Positions 9,269-19,904 of a DNA stretch of 64,000 bases are shown here, piece after piece. The notes under the pieces were generated by a model. That model saw only the letters and a program-made list of their open reading frames with translations, had not been told where the DNA came from and did no database searches. Source of the DNA: Candidatus Latescibacterota bacterium (lineage in GTDB: Bacteria; Latescibacterota; UBA2968; GCA-2709665); the NCBI GenBank assembly GCA_965116875.1, contig OZ220733.1:1088001-1152000 (forward strand), read 5' to 3'. The position numbers were made by a program, and so were the translations under genes. The first letter of the stretch is position 1. Every line of letters starts with the position of its first letter.

Positions 9269-10504
9269 TTACCGGACGACAACGGTGGTCGCACGGCGCT
9301 GTGGATCCAGGGCGACGTAGGTTGTGCCGTTCTCAACGAAGAAGGTCCGGTTTTCGAATGCCGCTCTGGTGCGCGCACGCGCAAGCGGTCTTCCGTCCAC
9401 GGACACGGAATGGATATCCCTGCCCGTGAAGCGCAGCGTCAACTCCGGCATGCGCACGGGCAGGTCGAGCGTGACGGTGTTGTCCCTTACGGAAAGTTCC
9501 GCCATCTCGCGCATGATGGCGTACGTGGTAATCTCGCTGCATTTGCGCCACCGGGTGCGTCCGCCGGCCGGATCCCGCTCCTTCAGCCGCCGGACAACGG
9601 TCTTGAAAGCGTTGAATCCCCGGCGGTCGGCGTCGTGCAGTCCGTAAAATCCCTGCCAGTGGCTGATGAGTACCGCGGGATCCCCGGCGTCGATGAGGGC
9701 CGGCAGTCGCCCGCCCTGGAGGTCTGCCGTGATGTATTTGTCGGCGTTGACTTCCCCGTACCCGGTCCAGGACCCCGTCCAGTCGCCAGTACCTGCGATA
9801 ATTTCCCCCATGGCGGTGCCGGCATCGCGGTCCGGATACCAGACAGGGGTCTCCACCGGGCCGTCGGACACGCGTTTGAACAGGTAGGGCGTGGGGTTCC
9901 CCGTGACGCGGCGGCACGCGGCTTCGGCGCACCGCGCGTAGAAGTCGAGCGGATTGCCGAAGCCCCCCGGGGACGTGACGCCGGCGGGGGTCAGACCCAC
10001 GTTCCGGAGGATTTCGCAGGCAAGCGCGATGTAGTCCGTAACCAGTTCCTCCCGGTCGGTGGGCAACTCGTTCCATCCCCATTGCTCCCAGAGGTTGGGG
10101 TCCACCGGCTTCAGCGTCTTCAGGTCCACTACGAACGTGTGGGTCATCATCTCGGGGGTGATGTCGTAATTGGGAACGATAAGCTCCCTGCACATATCCA
10201 GCCAGCTTTCCTGCTGGCCCCTGCTGAAAAGCGGGAGCCCGTGGTCGATTCTCCCGAGCGCCGCCGGGCACGGTACGACGCTGAATTTCCCCTTGACGCC
10301 CTGGTCCAGGCAGTATTCGGCGAATTCCCGCGTAAAGGACTCGGGATGGACGACGGGTACGTCCTCCCAGCGACGGCGCTGACCGTCAATGGGGTTTCGG
10401 TCCCGCATGAAGAAGTAATTCAGATTGACCAGCAGCGTGGAGTCATCAAAGATGATCGAGAGGGGGACGCGATCCAGGGCGTGGCGGGCGATTTCGACGC
10501 GCAT
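9269..10504 (-). CDS. Hypothetical protein, possible NodB/polysaccharide deacetylase-like barrel
   Basis: 411 aa, protein-like composition; PLSIIFDD, VKGKFSVVP, GVTSPGGFG, LISHWQG. Confidence 0.6.
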   Translation of the reverse strand: MRVEIARHALDRVPLSIIFDDSTLLVNLNYFFMRDRNPIDGQRRRWEDVPVVHPESFTREFAEYCLDQGVKGKFSVVPCPAALGRIDHGLPLFSRGQQESWLDMCRELIVPNYDITPEMMTHTFVVDLKTLKPVDPNLWEQWGWNELPTDREELVTDYIALACEILRNVGLTPAGVTSPGGFGNPLDFYARCAEAACRRVTGNPTPYLFKRVSDGPVETPVWYPDRDAGTAMGEIIAGTGDWTGSWTGYGEVNADKYITADLQGGRLPALIDAGDPAVLISHWQGFYGLHDADRRGFNAFKTVVRRLKERDPAGGRTRWRKCSEITTYAIMREMAELSVRDNTVTLDLPVRMPELTLRFTGRDIHSVSVDGRPLARARTRAAFENRTFFVENGTTYVALDPQRRATTVVVR

Positions 10505-10572
10505 CGGGGGGTTCCGTCGGGGCTCTGACCCGGTGAGAAAACCGTTTCGGGTCTACTGACGTGATTGAAATC

Positions 10573-11688
10573 CTAGTCCGTCAGCGCCTCGCCGAGAACC
10601 TGTCTCAGGCGCCGGGCGACGATTTCATCTTCACCGTCTTCCATCATGTAGGGCATGATTTCCACGCCCGTCCCGGTGTGGAAGAGCTCGATGCGCGGAT
10701 CGGAATCAGAGAGTTGCCGCCGGGCTTCTTCCGGTGTAATGCGGACGGTTCCCGCGTCCCAGTTGACGGACAGCACCGGGGCGACGTTCGACCGGCCGGG
10801 CTGGCGGATGCCCGTCGTCAGCGTCGGGATATGCGCGATCGCGCCCTCGATGGTTTCAAGACGGCGCTCCCATTCCTTCCATTCCGCGTCGTGGTCCCGC
10901 CGCACCCACTGTTCCACGGCGGCGAGCAGTCCCATCACTTCCTCCTTGCCGGCTTTCATGGGACGTGCGAGCGCGTGATGCGGTGCGCCGTTCAGGAACG
11001 CGGCGTGCAGGATGTCTCTTCTTCCCAGAACCAGGCCGGACGCCTGGGGGCCCCGAAGGCACTTGCCCCCGCTGTACGCGACCACGTCCACCCCTTCCGA
11101 CAGGTATGGATTCGGGACGTCAGGCCTCTCGGCGGCGGCATCGACGAACGTCGGCACCCTGTGTCTGCGTGCAATGTTGACCATCTCGGGCACGGTGATG
11201 GTACCCCGGTCCGCCGCGTCGCCGAAGATGGCGATCATGGCCGTGGAGTCGTCAACGGCGGCCTCCATTTCACGAGGGGTTGCGACCTCGACGATCTGTA
11301 CGCCCACCATGCGGATGGCGTGGTCGTAGACGTGCCTGTGGGAGGGCTGCGTGATCACCCGGTTCTTCATTCCCGACGTATCGGGCAGACGCTTCATCCT
11401 GTCCGGATCCAGCCCGGCTACGCAGGCAGCCGTAACCTGGCAAAGCGCCGCAGCGCAGCCGCTGGTGACCATGCCCCACTCACATTGCATAAGCTCCGCG
11501 ATCCTGGCGCCCACCCGCTCCATCAGTTCATCCAGGTGTACGTACTCTTTCGATGCCTCGTGAACCGCACGCCGGACTTCCGGCAGCATCAGGGAGCCGG
11601 AGATGATGGTGTAGGTCCCCATACAGTTGATCAGTGGACGGACGCCTATGGATTCGTACGTGGGGTGATGCACGGATGGCGCGGACAT
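10573..11688 (-). CDS. SelA-like / DgaE-like PLP-dependent enzyme
   Basis: GVRPLINCMGTYT, VTSGCAAAL, VDAAAE and YSGGKCLRGPQASG (PLP lysine); start moved to ATG 11688. Confidence 0.85.
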   Translation of the reverse strand: MSAPSVHHPTYESIGVRPLINCMGTYTIISGSLMLPEVRRAVHEASKEYVHLDELMERVGARIAELMQCEWGMVTSGCAAALCQVTAACVAGLDPDRMKRLPDTSGMKNRVITQPSHRHVYDHAIRMVGVQIVEVATPREMEAAVDDSTAMIAIFGDAADRGTITVPEMVNIARRHRVPTFVDAAAERPDVPNPYLSEGVDVVAYSGGKCLRGPQASGLVLGRRDILHAAFLNGAPHHALARPMKAGKEEVMGLLAAVEQWVRRDHDAEWKEWERRLETIEGAIAHIPTLTTGIRQPGRSNVAPVLSVNWDAGTVRITPEEARRQLSDSDPRIELFHTGTGVEIMPYMMEDGEDEIVARRLRQVLGEALTD

Positions 11689-11847
11689 CGGCAGAATCCC
11701 AGGGAAGTATGAAACAGCCTGTGTGGGCGCGGTTCGCCGGCGCCAGGTCCGGCCGGACCTGGCAACCGGTATTAAGAGTCTACAACATGGAGGTTGGGAT
11801 TGCAAGTCCGATGTGGCCTGTAGCCGTGGAGGGCGTCGAAAGGGCGA

Positions 11848-11873
11848 GGGCGCCCACAAGGGACGCCCCTACA
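11848..11873 (-). repeat. GTAG-family REP-like palindrome
   Basis: Minus strand reads TGTAGGGGCGTCCCTTGTGGGCGCCC (GTAG followed by a hairpin), intergenic. Confidence 0.6.
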
Positions 11874-11965
11874 CACGCAACGTGGCCGGGTGATCCGGTA
11901 CCGCGAATTGGCTATTCGCGGCGCGGCCGCATGGGCGAAGGCGTTTGGTCCGTGGTCCGCGGACG

Positions 11966-14900
11966 CTATTCCAGCCGCAGCAGGGTACCGTGAGGTCGGG
12001 TTGTGGCGGGGTGGATGGCGAGGGACAGCATGCCGGCTGCGGTGTCCGCTTCGAGTCCGGTCCGCGTGCCGTCGTCGTGTTCGAGGAAGGCGCGGCGGTG
12101 CGGTGTCCGAATGGAGAGCCGGGCCGGGGTGGTGGTCCTTACCCGGAAGGTGTCCTCCGTGGCCTGTTCGATGGAGAACAGCGAGGGAATCTGCCAGTTC
12201 GTTCCGGCGTTGAAGGGGAATTCGTCCACCTGGATGCGGTTGGCGGCCGCGGACCGGATGCGGTACGCCGTCCAGCAGCCCTGTTCGGGATCCTTTACCC
12301 GGACGAAGTGATCCGCAAGGGTGTCCGGAAACGGGAGCGTTTCGCGCGTCCGGAATCCCTCGCGGTCATGATCGTCGATATCACCCTCGATAGAGGCGAC
12401 GTCGAGGGTGACGGTGAGGTCCGGCGAGGCGAAGCGGGTCGCTTCCGTCAGAAAGAGCGATTTCCGGGCGTCCGGGCATCGCGTGTACACGGCGGCTCGA
12501 CCGGCGAAGACGATATCGCCGAACGCGCGTTCGGTCTGATCGTGGGTATTGATGACCGTGTCGTCGCCCGTCCGGCGACGGATGCGAAGCGCCACCGGTC
12601 CGGCGTCGCTGTCGGGAAGGCAAAGCGGTTGAACCTCGCGGACGTCGGGGTCTTTCCGGAAGTGGTCTATAACGGCCACGAACGTATTGCCGTTCCCGGA
12701 TTCGGCCTTGCGGGCGAAGAGATAGTCGTTGCGCGCGCCGATTTCAGAATGACTCCGCTGCCCGGGGCCTTCACCCACGATGACCTCGTCCGCGGGGGAC
12801 ACCATACGCGCCCGCATGGTCATCCCGTGGTCGGTCCAGGATACGCTCCACCGGTCCGCGGGTCTTCCCGAGCGGAGCCCCTCGATATCTTCGCCGAGTA
12901 CGCCCGGACGTTCCTCCATTGGAATCGGCCGGTCGTGAGCGGGAGGAGAACTGATGCGACCCTCCCCATGGATGGCGTAGTCATGGATCCTGCCGCCCCG
13001 GACGCGGAAGACGTCCACCAGGTACGCGGGTCCCGCGCTCCTGTGGACCAGCGCGCAGAAGCGGCTGTACGTTTCGGCCTGTTCGTACGCCCTGCAGTCC
13101 GCTTCGATAATCTTCGTTGCGGACGACGCGGCCAGCAGGCGCAGGTTCCCGGGAGGCCTTCGGTCACGCGGGAGCTGGTTCTCCTCGTCCAGAACCACCA
13201 GGTTGTGTTTGAGGGTGCTCCGTATGCTCGCGTTGAGCGGATGGTCGCCAATGTATCCCAGGTCGGAAAGGACCTCCACTCCCTCCACGTTCATGGCGAT
13301 GTTCAGGGCATCGGGGTGGTCGTGGCCCTCCGGCTGGTAGAAATCCATCAGAAAGGTGGCCGCTCCGGTGAGATCGGTCCGGAACATGGCGTCGTAGCCG
13401 GTATTGAAGATGGCCAGGAGCCAGCCGGGGAAGAACCGGTCCCGCACGGGCGGCGGCGGCGCGGGTTCGAGTTCCGCGGGCCTGTTGAAGAAGGCGAACG
13501 CGTCGCCCGTGTCCAGTCGCACGAAAGGTGCGAAATCATCGCCCATACGGACGAGACCCACGTTGTGAATCCAGGCGGGATGGGGCCAGTCCGACTTCCC
13601 TTCGCCCGCGTCGGCGGTGTGGGGCAGGCGGCCGTCGGGCAGCGTCATGAGGGTCCGCGCCCGGAGGACGGTGTGGTACGGGCCGCCCGGCTCGTAGAGG
13701 TTGAGGTTGTCATAGCGGTTTTCGCCACGGTACGATGGCGGATCGGAATACCCGTGGGCCAATTCGGGCAGATTTTTAACATTGGCAACCGCGTAGAGGT
13801 AATAGCTGGAGCCCTCGGCGGTGCTTCCGTCGAACTTGAAGAATCCCTTCAGGTAGGGTTCAAAGCCCTCCACGCCCCTGTGCACGTATTCCGGGACGCC
13901 GAGGAAGCGGCCGAGAGCGACTTCGCCCTCGCGGCAGCCCGCGACCTTGTTGTTGATGCCTTCCCAGTGCGTAAACGTGAAGAGACCCTCCACAAGGAGG
14001 TCTTTGACGACGCGGTCGCGTTCCTGTTCCGTCAGATAGAGGCGTCCGTGGCCGTCGGTCTCGTCCCAGAGCAGGTCCAGGGCCTCGGCGAGCATGCAGA
14101 TGAAATGCGCCTCGGACTGAACGCCGCCGCCCGACAGGCGCCCGCAGCCCCAGAACGTCTGTATGAGCCTTCCGCTTTTCATTGGGGAACGGGCGTTCTG
14201 GTCCGGACACGGGTTGACTTCGTACCGGGCGATTCCCCTGTCCTGCGCCATGAGTTCGCAGGCGTAGAGCGGATCGCAGTCCATGTAGGTGTTCCAGTAG
14301 TCGCGGAAGAGATAGGCGGGGTATACGGCGGCAAAGCGTTTCAGGACGGCCGCCGCGGCACGGGCATAGCGACTCTCGCCTTCCATGCGATACAGGATGG
14401 CCAGGTTGCGCGCGACCGCGGGCATGCGGTGGGCTTTCTGCTGCCGGATGGCGCCGCTGTACGAGGAATGGACCCGGCGCCCCGCCCAGCTGAAGGCATT
14501 GCGGCCGGTCGTGAATTCAGGGTCGTTTTTTTCTTCCGGACGAATGTAATAGGTGAGGGTCTGGCCGGAACGCGGCATTTCGAGGCGCCCCTCCTCGGGA
14601 TGGGCTTCGTCGGTCATGATAACGCCGCAGTGGAAACAGACCAGTTTGTCCGGGTCGCGGTCGATCCATCGCATGTTGTACGTGTTGTCCGCGGCGCAGA
14701 CCGGGCAGAATGTCCCGTATATCTGCCCGGGACTCTGATCCGGGACCATCCGGGCGATCCAGGCGTCGGAGCGACCCGCATAGTATGCCCCCAGTTTCAG
14801 CAGTTCCTCGTAATGCCTTTTTGCCCAATCGTGACGGCGCAAGTTCTCGCGGGCGATGCCGAAATTGTCGTCCTTTATGGTCAGGCACGGGTGTTCGACC

Positions 14901-14986
14901 TCGCCGGCGCTCCGACACCAGGCCTCCTTCTTTCCTTCGAGTCGACGCCTGCATTCCCGCTCTTCGCTGCTGTTCCAGGCCGGCAT
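11966..14986 (-). CDS. Heparinase II/III-like protein (alpha-barrel plus beta-sandwich)
   Basis: DGSTAEGSSYY, GHDHPDALNI, LSDLGY, HNLVVLDEENQ, YLVDVFRVRGG motifs; N-terminal CPVC/CFHC pairs; no signal peptide. Confidence 0.8.
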   Translation of the reverse strand: MPAWNSSEERECRRRLEGKKEAWCRSAGEVEHPCLTIKDDNFGIARENLRRHDWAKRHYEELLKLGAYYAGRSDAWIARMVPDQSPGQIYGTFCPVCAADNTYNMRWIDRDPDKLVCFHCGVIMTDEAHPEEGRLEMPRSGQTLTYYIRPEEKNDPEFTTGRNAFSWAGRRVHSSYSGAIRQQKAHRMPAVARNLAILYRMEGESRYARAAAAVLKRFAAVYPAYLFRDYWNTYMDCDPLYACELMAQDRGIARYEVNPCPDQNARSPMKSGRLIQTFWGCGRLSGGGVQSEAHFICMLAEALDLLWDETDGHGRLYLTEQERDRVVKDLLVEGLFTFTHWEGINNKVAGCREGEVALGRFLGVPEYVHRGVEGFEPYLKGFFKFDGSTAEGSSYYLYAVANVKNLPELAHGYSDPPSYRGENRYDNLNLYEPGGPYHTVLRARTLMTLPDGRLPHTADAGEGKSDWPHPAWIHNVGLVRMGDDFAPFVRLDTGDAFAFFNRPAELEPAPPPPVRDRFFPGWLLAIFNTGYDAMFRTDLTGAATFLMDFYQPEGHDHPDALNIAMNVEGVEVLSDLGYIGDHPLNASIRSTLKHNLVVLDEENQLPRDRRPPGNLRLLAASSATKIIEADCRAYEQAETYSRFCALVHRSAGPAYLVDVFRVRGGRIHDYAIHGEGRISSPPAHDRPIPMEERPGVLGEDIEGLRSGRPADRWSVSWTDHGMTMRARMVSPADEVIVGEGPGQRSHSEIGARNDYLFARKAESGNGNTFVAVIDHFRKDPDVREVQPLCLPDSDAGPVALRIRRRTGDDTVINTHDQTERAFGDIVFAGRAAVYTRCPDARKSLFLTEATRFASPDLTVTLDVASIEGDIDDHDREGFRTRETLPFPDTLADHFVRVKDPEQGCWTAYRIRSAAANRIQVDEFPFNAGTNWQIPSLFSIEQATEDTFRVRTTTPARLSIRTPHRRAFLEHDDGTRTGLEADTAAGMLSLAIHPATTRPHGTLLRLE

Positions 14987-15343
14987 GGGACCCCCTTCTC
15001 AAGCTGCGGATTGACCTTGCGCAGATTGCACGTCGCCTTCCGTCGCGGCGGCGCTGCCTCGCATGCAAAACGTCTTTACCACCGACCGTCAACCGGTCGG
15101 AAAAACCAAAATGAGGACGAAGTCCGCCCATGTCAAGGGGAAAGCACGATTCATACGGATTCGGGACCCTTGTCCGCGCCCGGCCCGGAAGCGAATGCGG
15201 TTATCGTGAATCAAGGAGTTTTATCTTGTTGAAAATAAATAATATGTACAGATTAATCGTGACGAGGCTTGCAGCCGGGCGCGCCACGCGGGCTTTCCCT
15301 TTCAGGAATCGGAAACCCGTACTGAAAAATGATTCAAAAAAGG

Positions 15344-15372
15344 TTGACAATTGAATAAAAAAGAATTATTAT
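15344..15372 (+). promoter_or_regulatory. sigma70 promoter of the cold-shock gene
   Basis: TTGACA-17 nt-TATTAT with an A-rich upstream element. Confidence 0.8.
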
Positions 15373-15503
15373 GCATCAACGAGAAGGATGAAGTTTCTGT
15401 CTCCTTTGCAGTCCTGAAGTATGTCTGGCAAGGATCAGAAGTTCCGGTCCTTGCCGTTTTTGGTTTTTTGTCGGTTTCTAACGTTGAAAGGTGGTGAAGC
15501 ACT

Positions 15504-15713
15504 GTGCCGGAAGGTCGAGTGAAGTGGTTCAACGACGCCAAAGGTTACGGCTTTATTGAGAGGGATGAAGGCGAGGATGTCTTTGTGCATTTTTCGGCTA
15601 TTCAGGGTGAGGGATTCAAGTCGTTGACGGAAGGTGAAGTGGTTTCCTTTGAAGTCGTGCAGGGGCCCAAGGGCTACCAGGCTGCGGAAGTCGTAAAGCT
15701 GGGGCAGGACTGA
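15504..15713 (+). CDS. cspA: Cold-shock protein (CspA family)
   Basis: [15 protein letters not shown] (RNP1), DVFVHFSAI (RNP2); GTG start; family-level symbol. Confidence 0.95.
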   Translation: MPEGRVKWFNDAKGYGFIERDEGEDVFVHFSAIQGEGFKSLTEGEVVSFEVVQGPKGYQAAEVVKLGQD

Positions 15714-15767
15714 CCCGTTGCCGCGGTTCGTTTTTTTCCTGTAAATCCTCAATAGATGCATCCGGAG

Positions 15768-15799
15768 GGCGTCGATTTAAGAATCGGCGCCTTTTCTTT
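15768..15799 (+). terminator. Intrinsic terminator after csp
   Basis: GGCGTCGATT-TAAG-AATCGGCGCC followed by TTTTCTTT. Confidence 0.7.
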
Positions 15800-16096
15800 G
15801 TTGTGACCGAATAAGGCGGTTGGCGATATCAATCGTCAATGTCCGCACTGTTGCGGTTGGCAACCACAAGGGTTGGCCTGCAGATCCGGATTCGCCCCGG
15901 GGAAGGCGGGTTCTCCGTGCCAATCCGTCCGGTACTTAAAGATAATCTTGATATTGTACACGACAATCCCTTACATTTAAAGGAGTCCGGGGAGGACTCG
16001 GGCAGCCCCTGGAACGCCTGGACCGGGGTTTGCGTCGTCGCCCGGGAAGCGGACAACCGGCTTTTTCTCTCAACGCCCCAGACAGGGTCGCGCGCT

Positions 16097-17464
16097 ATGG
16101 AAAACCACTTCGACGTGATCGTAATCGGCAGCGGACCGGGTGGTGAGGGGGCGGCGATGAAGGCGACCAAGGAGGGGAAGCGGGTCGCCATGGTGGACGA
16201 CCGGGCCTCGGTGGGTGGAAGCTGCACCCATCAGACCACAATTCCAAGCAAAGCGCTGCGGCACGCCATCCAGAATCTCGTCGATACGGGCCGGTACGGC
16301 GACTCCCGGTTTCCCGATCTTCTGCGTGCGGCCGAGGGCGTGATCCGCCAGCAGGTCGACCTGCGAGAGGGATTCTACGCCAGGAATTTCGTGGAGGTAA
16401 TCCACGGCCGCGCCGCGTTCGAGGACAGCCACGGGATTCAGGTCCGGATGCAGAACGGCGGTGTCCGGAATTATCGCGCGGACGGTTTCGTCATTGCCAC
16501 CGGCGCAAGGCCGTATCACCCGCCGGACGTGGACTTTTCGCATCCCCGGATCGTGGACAGCGATTCGATTCTGGAGTTACAGGACCATCCGAGGTCCGTC
16601 ACAATTTACGGTGCGGGAATCGTCGGCTGCGAGTATGCGTCCATTTTCAGGGGCTTGCAGATCAAGGTAAATCTGATCAACAGTCTGGACCGTCTGCTGG
16701 CGTTCCTCGATGACGAGATTGTGGACGCGCTGAGCTATCACCTGAGAGAACAGGGTGTGCTGATCCGGCACAACGAGGAATACGAGAGCGTGAAGGCGGG
16801 CGATCACGGCGTACGCCTCCACCTCAAGTCCCAGAAGGAAATCCTCAGCGACTGCCTGTTCTGGGCGCAGGGGCGGACCGGAAATTCAGACGGAATGGGA
16901 CTCGAGGAGATCGGCATTCAGACGGACCACAGAGGCGTCGTCGCGGTAAACGACTGCTACCAGACGGCGCAGAGCCACGTCTACGCGGTGGGCGACGTGG
17001 TGGGGTATCCCAACCTGGCCAGCGCGGCATACGACCAGGGGCGTTTTGCGGCCGAGCATCTGATATTCGGTGAGTCCGAGGCCCACCTTGTCAAGGACAT
17101 CCCCACGGGGATCTACACGCTTCCCGAAATCAGTTCGGTGGGGTTGACGGAGCGGGAGTTGACCTCCGAAAGGATACCCTACGAGGTTGGGCACGCGTCT
17201 TTCAGGCACCTCGCGCGGGCGCAGATTACGGGCCGGACCACGGGGATGTTGAAGATCCTGTTCCATCGGGAGACGCTGGAGATTCTGGGTATCCATTGTT
17301 TCGGGTCCGAGGCATCTGAAATCGTCCACATCGGCCAGGCGATTATGGCGCAGAAGGGCGGCGGCAATACCCTGATGTACTTCATCAATACGACGTTCAA
17401 CTATCCGACGATGGCCGAAGCCTACCGGGTGGCGGCGCTCAACGGGCTGAATCGGGTACGGTAG
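16097..17464 (+). CDS. sthA: Soluble pyridine nucleotide transhydrogenase
   Basis: [27 protein letters not shown] (single Cys), [12 protein letters not shown]-terminal [23 protein letters not shown] typical of SthA; start moved to ATG 16097. Confidence 0.92.
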   Translation: MENHFDVIVIGSGPGGEGAAMKATKEGKRVAMVDDRASVGGSCTHQTTIPSKALRHAIQNLVDTGRYGDSRFPDLLRAAEGVIRQQVDLREGFYARNFVEVIHGRAAFEDSHGIQVRMQNGGVRNYRADGFVIATGARPYHPPDVDFSHPRIVDSDSILELQDHPRSVTIYGAGIVGCEYASIFRGLQIKVNLINSLDRLLAFLDDEIVDALSYHLREQGVLIRHNEEYESVKAGDHGVRLHLKSQKEILSDCLFWAQGRTGNSDGMGLEEIGIQTDHRGVVAVNDCYQTAQSHVYAVGDVVGYPNLASAAYDQGRFAAEHLIFGESEAHLVKDIPTGIYTLPEISSVGLTERELTSERIPYEVGHASFRHLARAQITGRTTGMLKILFHRETLEILGIHCFGSEASEIVHIGQAIMAQKGGGNTLMYFINTTFNYPTMAEAYRVAALNGLNRVR

Positions 17465-17476
17465 CTTGGACATCTG

Positions 17477-18148
17477 ATGGCCACGCCAATGCTGAATCCC
17501 GCGAATCTGGACGTCCTCTATATGGACAACCACCTGCTGGTGGTCCGGAAACCCGCGGGGATGCTTGTCCAGGGAGACCGCACGGGCGACCGGACGCTTC
17601 TGGAAACCGGTAAGGCGTACGTGAAGGCGGCGTTCAACAAGCCGGGCGACGCGTTTCTGGGGCTGGTGCATCGGCTGGACCGGCCGACGTCAGGCGTCAT
17701 CGTTTTTGCCCGGACGTCCAAGTCGGCGGCCAGACTGTCCGAACAATTCCGCGCTCACAGAATCGGAAAGGTATACTGGGCGCTGGTGGAAGGGAAGACG
17801 CCCCGGGAAGGCCGGATGTCGGATAAGCTGTTGCGGGCGGGACCTTCCAGTACGGTCTCCAACAGGGGCCGGGAGGCGGTGCTCGGGTTCCGGCGATTGC
17901 GGTTCGAGCGGGGGATCTCGTGGGTGGAGGTCAGGCCGAAAACGGGGCGGCATCATCAGATCCGGGTACAGTTCGCGCACCGGGGGCATCCCGTTCTGGG
18001 CGATCTGCGGTACGGAGCGAGTATCGGATTTCCGGAAAAAAGCCTCGCGCTCCATGCCCGGGCCCTCACGCTGTCGCATCCCACCCGCAGGGAGGAGATG
18101 ACGTTCGAGGCGGCGCCGGAGGCGTTCTGGCCAAAGCGATTTCGGTGA
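17477..18148 (+). CDS. RluA-family pseudouridine synthase
   Basis: KPAG, HRLDRPTSG (catalytic Asp), TGRHHQIR, GHPVLGDLRYG, ALHA. Confidence 0.93.
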   Translation: MATPMLNPANLDVLYMDNHLLVVRKPAGMLVQGDRTGDRTLLETGKAYVKAAFNKPGDAFLGLVHRLDRPTSGVIVFARTSKSAARLSEQFRAHRIGKVYWALVEGKTPREGRMSDKLLRAGPSSTVSNRGREAVLGFRRLRFERGISWVEVRPKTGRHHQIRVQFAHRGHPVLGDLRYGASIGFPEKSLALHARALTLSHPTRREEMTFEAAPEAFWPKRFR

Positions 18149-18218
18149 GACGAAGCCCACAAGTCAACAGCCACAGGAATCACATAAAGCACACAACCTG
18201 CAAGACGCTGAAAGGAGA

Positions 18219-18617
18219 TTGTTCGTGAACCGGAACGAGCAGCAACTGAGCGACATACAGGTGGATCGGACCAACCTGTACCGGGAGGAAAACTACACGG
18301 ACCTGAAGGTGGCGTCCATTCGTCGACTGGCGCCGGTCAATCCCGATGGATCGCCGGACGTGACCCGGCGCCAGAAGTTTATAGGACAGACCCATCTGAT
18401 GTCCCAGGTCGGACCGCTCCCCGTGCAATGTGAAATCGAAGCCGCGGACCTGGAAGAGGCGCTTGGGAAGTTTCCGCAGGCCATCGCGAAAGCCGTTGAG
18501 GAAATGATGGAGGACGCCAAGGAGAGGCGGCGCCAGGACGCGTCCCGGATTGTGGTGCCGGGAGCGGGAGGGATGCCGGGAACGCCGCCGCCTGGCGGGA
18601 CCATCAATCTGAGCTAG
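18219..18617 (+). CDS. Hypothetical cytoplasmic protein
   Basis: SD AGGAG; protein-like ORF (NLYREENYTDLKVASIRRL...SRIVVPG); true start may be GTG 18225. Confidence 0.75.
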   Translation: MFVNRNEQQLSDIQVDRTNLYREENYTDLKVASIRRLAPVNPDGSPDVTRRQKFIGQTHLMSQVGPLPVQCEIEAADLEEALGKFPQAIAKAVEEMMEDAKERRRQDASRIVVPGAGGMPGTPPPGGTINLS

Positions 18618-18835
18618 ACCTGACCCGGAAACACCTCACCATTCGGCCGCCGATTCATCCCGTCTCGTTGCGCGTTTTCCAGTGTTGCCTCCACACAGCG
18701 CTGATTTCAAATGAACGGGTTTTCGAGTCAAGCTGACAGCTGAAAGCGGATCGCTGTTTTCACTGCTTCCGTTCGGCAGAATCCAGGCGAAATGTTCCCG
18801 GTAAAGAGCAGAGGGGAACCTTTCTTTAATGCTTT

Positions 18836-18868
18836 AAACGGGGCGCATCGGAATGCGCCCTGTTTTTT
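18836..18868 (+). terminator. Intrinsic terminator
   Basis: AAACGGGGCGCAT-CGGA-ATGCGCCCTGTTT-TTT. Confidence 0.75.
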
Positions 18869-18869
18869 G

Positions 18870-19031
18870 GAAGCTGTTTTAAAATTACCGGTGAGTTCCC
18901 GAGCGCGAGCGAAAAAGTGGCGGTCAAGGCGGGCAAATCCGCCCATATTTGACTATACGGGTGGGTTTGACCAACGCCGACCGGCGCTTTTGCAGCCGCG
19001 CGAAGACCGCTGGGAATTTTAAGACAGCTTC
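18870..19031. mobile_element. 162-bp palindromic MITE-like element, copy 1
   Basis: 17-bp TIRs GAAGCTGTTTTAAAATT / AATTTTAAGACAGCTTC; inverted copy at 50763-50924 with 10 mismatches in 162 bp. Confidence 0.85.
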
Positions 19032-19904
19032 TTACGTGAGCAGGGGTCTCATGGCGGCTTTGAGTTCGGCCATTTCAGGTTCCGTAAGGGGCATTACGGG
19101 TTTGCGGCACGGGCCCACGGGTCTGCCGGAAAGATTCGTGGCGGCCTTTACGGACGCGTTGTAAACGTGATTCCAGAAAAAGCGGTTGGCGGGAAACATC
19201 CGGCCCCAGAGGTCTCTTGCCTCGGAAAGCTGCCCGCCGGCAACCAGATTGTAGAGATCGACGGCTTCTTTGGGCATGGCGTTGACCGCTCCCCATACGC
19301 AGCCGGGGCACCCCGCAACCAGGCTGAAGAAGGCGATCGGGTCCCCGCCGTTGAAGACCTCGGCGCCGATGGCCAGCAGTTCCTGAATTCGCAGAATATC
19401 CGCCATGCTGTCCTTGATGTAATGGATGTTCTCCACTTCCATCAGGCGCCTGAAGAACGCGGGCGTGATATCGATTCCCGTGTGGACCGGAATGTTGTAG
19501 ACCATAACGGGCGTACTGACGGCGTTGGAGATTTCCGCGTAGTGGTCGTACACGCCTTCCATGTCGGGACCTTCGAAGTACGGCGGCAGCACGAGGAGGC
19601 AGTCCGCGCCTGCGCCCTCGGCGTGCCGGGCGTACTCGATCGTCTCCGACGTGCTCACCGCGGAAGCCATGGCGACGAAGTCGACCCTGCCGTCGATGTG
19701 TCCGGCAGCCAGTTCGACCAGCCGCCGGCGTTCCTCCGGTCGCAGACACGCGAATTCGCCCGTGCCGCCGTTGATGAGGATGCTGTGCACGCCCGCTTCG
19801 AGCATGGAATCGATATGATTTCCAAGCGCGGATTCGTCGATCCGTTCGCCGTCATCCGTAAACGGTGTGCACAATGCCGCGCAGATGCCCCTGAGTTTTT
19901 TCAT
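19032..19904 (-). CDS. Dihydrodipicolinate synthase / N-acetylneuraminate lyase family protein
   Basis: GICAALCTPF, NGGTGEF, LPPYF, YNIP and IKDS (Schiff-base Lys); start moved to ATG 19904. Confidence 0.9.
   Translation of the reverse strand: MKKLRGICAALCTPFTDDGERIDESALGNHIDSMLEAGVHSILINGGTGEFACLRPEERRRLVELAAGHIDGRVDFVAMASAVSTSETIEYARHAEGAGADCLLVLPPYFEGPDMEGVYDHYAEISNAVSTPVMVYNIPVHTGIDITPAFFRRLMEVENIHYIKDSMADILRIQELLAIGAEVFNGGDPIAFFSLVAGCPGCVWGAVNAMPKEAVDLYNLVAGGQLSEARDLWGRMFPANRFFWNHVYNASVKAATNLSGRPVGPCRKPVMPLTEPEMAELKAAMRPLLT

Noticed and set aside
10573-11688. Selenocysteine synthase / selenoprotein system
   Set aside because: Short SelA-like paralogue with no selB, selD or tRNA-Sec in the window; MsrB has Cys; the TGA at 49706-49708 precedes a decayed toxin, not a redox motif
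393-15232. Long plus-strand ORFs (393-3041, 3556-5211, 8993-10528, 11945-15232)
   Set aside because: Antisense shadows of motif-bearing minus-strand genes; common in high-GC DNA, Arg/Gly/Val-rich and without family motifs
15839-16096. 86-aa N-terminal extension of SthA in the ORF track
   Set aside because: Family similarity starts at ATG 16097; the extension looks like promoter/UTR sequence
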